Source of the DNA: Verrucomicrobiales bacterium
Lineage (GTDB): Bacteria > Verrucomicrobiota > Verrucomicrobiia > Limisphaerales > JAFMIX01
Assembly (NCBI GenBank): GCA_031371425.1
Contig: JANMJO010000025.1
Span: 1 to 63,071, forward strand
DNA length: 63,071 nt
Direction: 5' to 3'
Both the position numbers and the translations under genes were made by a program. The stretch's first letter is position 1; each line of letters opens with the position of its first letter. Shown piece after piece: positions 61,714 to 63,071 of this stretch. The notes under the pieces are model-generated. The model was not told the origin of the DNA, did not search any database, and worked only from the letters and a program-made list of their open reading frames with translations.

Positions 61714-62544
61714 GTGAAAATCATCGGCGTCATCCCGGCGCGCTACGCCTCCACGCGCTTCCCCGGCAAACCGCTCGCGCTCATCGCGGGCAAGCCGCTC
61801 ATCCAGCACGTCGTCGAGCAATGCCAGCGCGCCAAGTCCTTGAGCGAAGTCATCGTCGCCACCGACGACACGCGCATCTGGGAACTCGCGCAGAATTTCT
61901 GCCGCGCGGAAATGACCCTGCCCGACCATCCCAGCGGCAGCGACCGCATCGCGGAAATCGCCGCGCTCTGCGACTGCGACGCCATCGTGAACATCCAGGG
62001 CGACGAGCCGTTGATTGACCCCGCCGTGATTGACGCCGTCGCCGCCGCCCTCGCGGGCTGCGAAATGTCCACCGCCGCCACGCCCATCAAGAACTTCGCC
62101 GAGCTGGACAACCCGAACGTCGTGAAAGTCGTTGTCAACGCCGCCGGTCGCGCCCTATATTTTTCCCGGCGCACGATTCCGTATCTGCGCGATAAAGTAG
62201 GACAGGCGTCCCGCCTGTCCAGCGAGCGCGAAAGCGCGAGCAGTGAGATGGGTTTGGCCAGGCAAGACGCCTGCCCTACGTTGGCCGCCGAAAACTCCGC
62301 GCTAGAGCAGTTGGCGGCGTTTCCTTTTTTGAAACACCTCGGCATTTACGGCTACCGGCGCGAGACGTTGTTGCGGTTGGTGAAATTTCCCGTGTCGCCA
62401 CTGGAGAACGCCGAGAAGCTGGAACAGTTGCGCGCGCTGGAGAACGGCATCAGCATCGCCGTCGTGACGGTGGACTACGATAGCATCGGCGTGGACGCGC
62501 CGGAAGATGTGGCGAGAGTGGAACGAATTTTGAGCAACGGATGA
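61714..62544 (+). CDS. kdsB: 3-deoxy-manno-octulosonate cytidylyltransferase (CMP-Kdo synthetase)
   Basis: GTG start. (M)KIIGVIPARYASTRFPGKPLALIAGKPLIQHVVE, VNIQGDEPLI, HLGIYGYR and LEQLRALENG. The gene contains a repeat-derived insert of about 30 aa. Confidence 0.95.
   Translation: MKIIGVIPARYASTRFPGKPLALIAGKPLIQHVVEQCQRAKSLSEVIVATDDTRIWELAQNFCRAEMTLPDHPSGSDRIAEIAALCDCDAIVNIQGDEPLIDPAVIDAVAAALAGCEMSTAATPIKNFAELDNPNVVKVVVNAAGRALYFSRRTIPYLRDKVGQASRLSSERESASSEMGLARQDACPTLAAENSALEQLAAFPFLKHLGIYGYRRETLLRLVKFPVSPLENAEKLEQLRALENGISIAVVTVDYDSIGVDAPEDVARVERILSNG
62196..62281. repeat. Palindromic element of the argS-insert family, translated in-frame inside kdsB
   Basis: aagtaggacaggcgtcccgcctgtccagcgagcgcg...aggcaagacgcctgccctacgt aligns with the coding-strand sequence of the argS element. 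It encodes VGQASRLSSERESASSEMGLARQDACPTL between YLRDK and FLKHLGIYGY, where E. coli KdsB has about 10 residues. Confidence 0.8.
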
Positions 62545-62561
62545 AACTCGGTTGAGGTATC

Positions 62562-62852
62562 ATGCACATCATCACGCGCAAACGCCTGAATGAATTTGCC
62601 GAAAAGCATCCGGTAACAACGAGCGGGCTGGCGCATTGGTATCGCGCATTGAAGCAGAACAATCCGGCGAATTTCGCCGAACTCCGGCGCATTTTCCCGC
62701 ATGCAGATCAGGTCGGCGGGCTGACCGTTTTCAACATCGGCGGCAACAAAGCTCGCCTGATTTCTGCCATTCACTATAATCGCCGCAAGGTGTATATTCG
62801 GGCCGTGCTCACGCACGCCGACTATGACATCGGCAAATGGAAAGAGAGATGA
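62562..62852 (+). CDS. higB: Type II toxin HigB (RelE-fold mRNA interferase, HigB_toxin family)
   Basis: MHIITRKRLNEFAEKHPVTTSGLAHWYRALKQNNPANFAELRRIFPHADQVGG...FNIGGNKARLISAIHYNRRKVYIRAVLTHADYD is the typical HigB pattern. A GAGG lies 6 nt upstream of the ATG. Confidence 0.85.
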   Translation: MHIITRKRLNEFAEKHPVTTSGLAHWYRALKQNNPANFAELRRIFPHADQVGGLTVFNIGGNKARLISAIHYNRRKVYIRAVLTHADYDIGKWKER

Positions 62853-63071
62853 TTATGTCCACCGCCCAAATTGAAAAAGCGTTTCAAGTCTGGCCGCAAG
62901 TCGAGCCGACCTTGCGCGTGCCGCATAACGAACGCGAATACCGCCAGCTCGTGAAGCTGCTCGACCGCCTGGTGGACGAAGTGGGCGAAGACGAAAATCA
63001 TCCGCTCGCCTCGCTCATGGAAGTGCTTGGCGTGCTCATCGAAAAATACGAGGACGAAAACGTGGCGGAAC
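62849..63071 (+). CDS. higA: HigA-family antitoxin; N-terminal part, truncated by the window edge
   Basis: The ATG overlaps the higB stop (ATGA). MIMSTAQIEKAFQVWPQVEPTLRVPHNEREYRQLVKLLDRLVDEVGEDENHPLASLMEVLGVLIEKYED matches the N-terminal helical part of HigA partners of this HigB type. Confidence 0.75.
   Translation, partial: MIMSTAQIEKAFQVWPQVEPTLRVPHNEREYRQLVKLLDRLVDEVGEDENHPLASLMEVLGVLIEKYEDENVAE

Overview
GC-rich bacterial chromosomal window. It most likely comes from a Verrucomicrobiota/PVC-type genome. I infer that from giant secreted proteins, C-terminal FYRV-type modules and many short palindromic repeat families; no search was run.

Gene content. About 45 protein genes and one tRNA-Gly(GCC) are supported. 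From tRNA-Gly (39403-39479) down to position 1, every gene lies on the minus strand. In transcription order this block contains:
- an 8-gene nucleotide-sugar (heptose-type) modification operon with a split transketolase (39210-32707);
- a lipoprotein gene;
- a tightly packed six-gene operon (31898-5380) encoding about 8,800 aa of signal-peptide proteins, including ORFs of 3159 aa and 3642 aa;
- lpxK-waaF-GT25 LPS core genes;
- cysE;
- a partial beta-helix protein gene.

The right third carries housekeeping genes: FmdB-like, AMP nucleosidase-like, moeB, a PAS-rich hybrid histidine kinase, purine nucleoside phosphorylase, cdd, nrdR, an MBL hydrolase, gamma-carbonic-anhydrase-like, prfB, argS, ptsN, an HExxH membrane protein, a LolA-like protein, lon, hsp20 and kdsB. 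A HigBA toxin-antitoxin pair is cut by the window edge.

Main candidate for an undescribed system. This is the giant-protein operon. Two small secreted proteins and most of the 3159-aa protein have no family I can name. No dedicated secretion genes are visible in the window.

Other notable points:
- At least ten families of REP/MITE-like palindromic elements occupy almost every operon boundary. One has terminal inverted repeats plus a 9-bp direct duplication.
- Copies of one element family are translated in the same frame inside argS and kdsB.
- Heptanucleotide arrays sit inside waaF and argS.
- lon is split by a 1-nt frameshift.
- prfB has the classical programmed +1 frameshift.

Caveats. The first M in the ORF track can stand for GTG or TTG, as I checked at several starts, so several starts were re-placed by hand. 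All function calls rest on motif recognition by eye, not on database searches.
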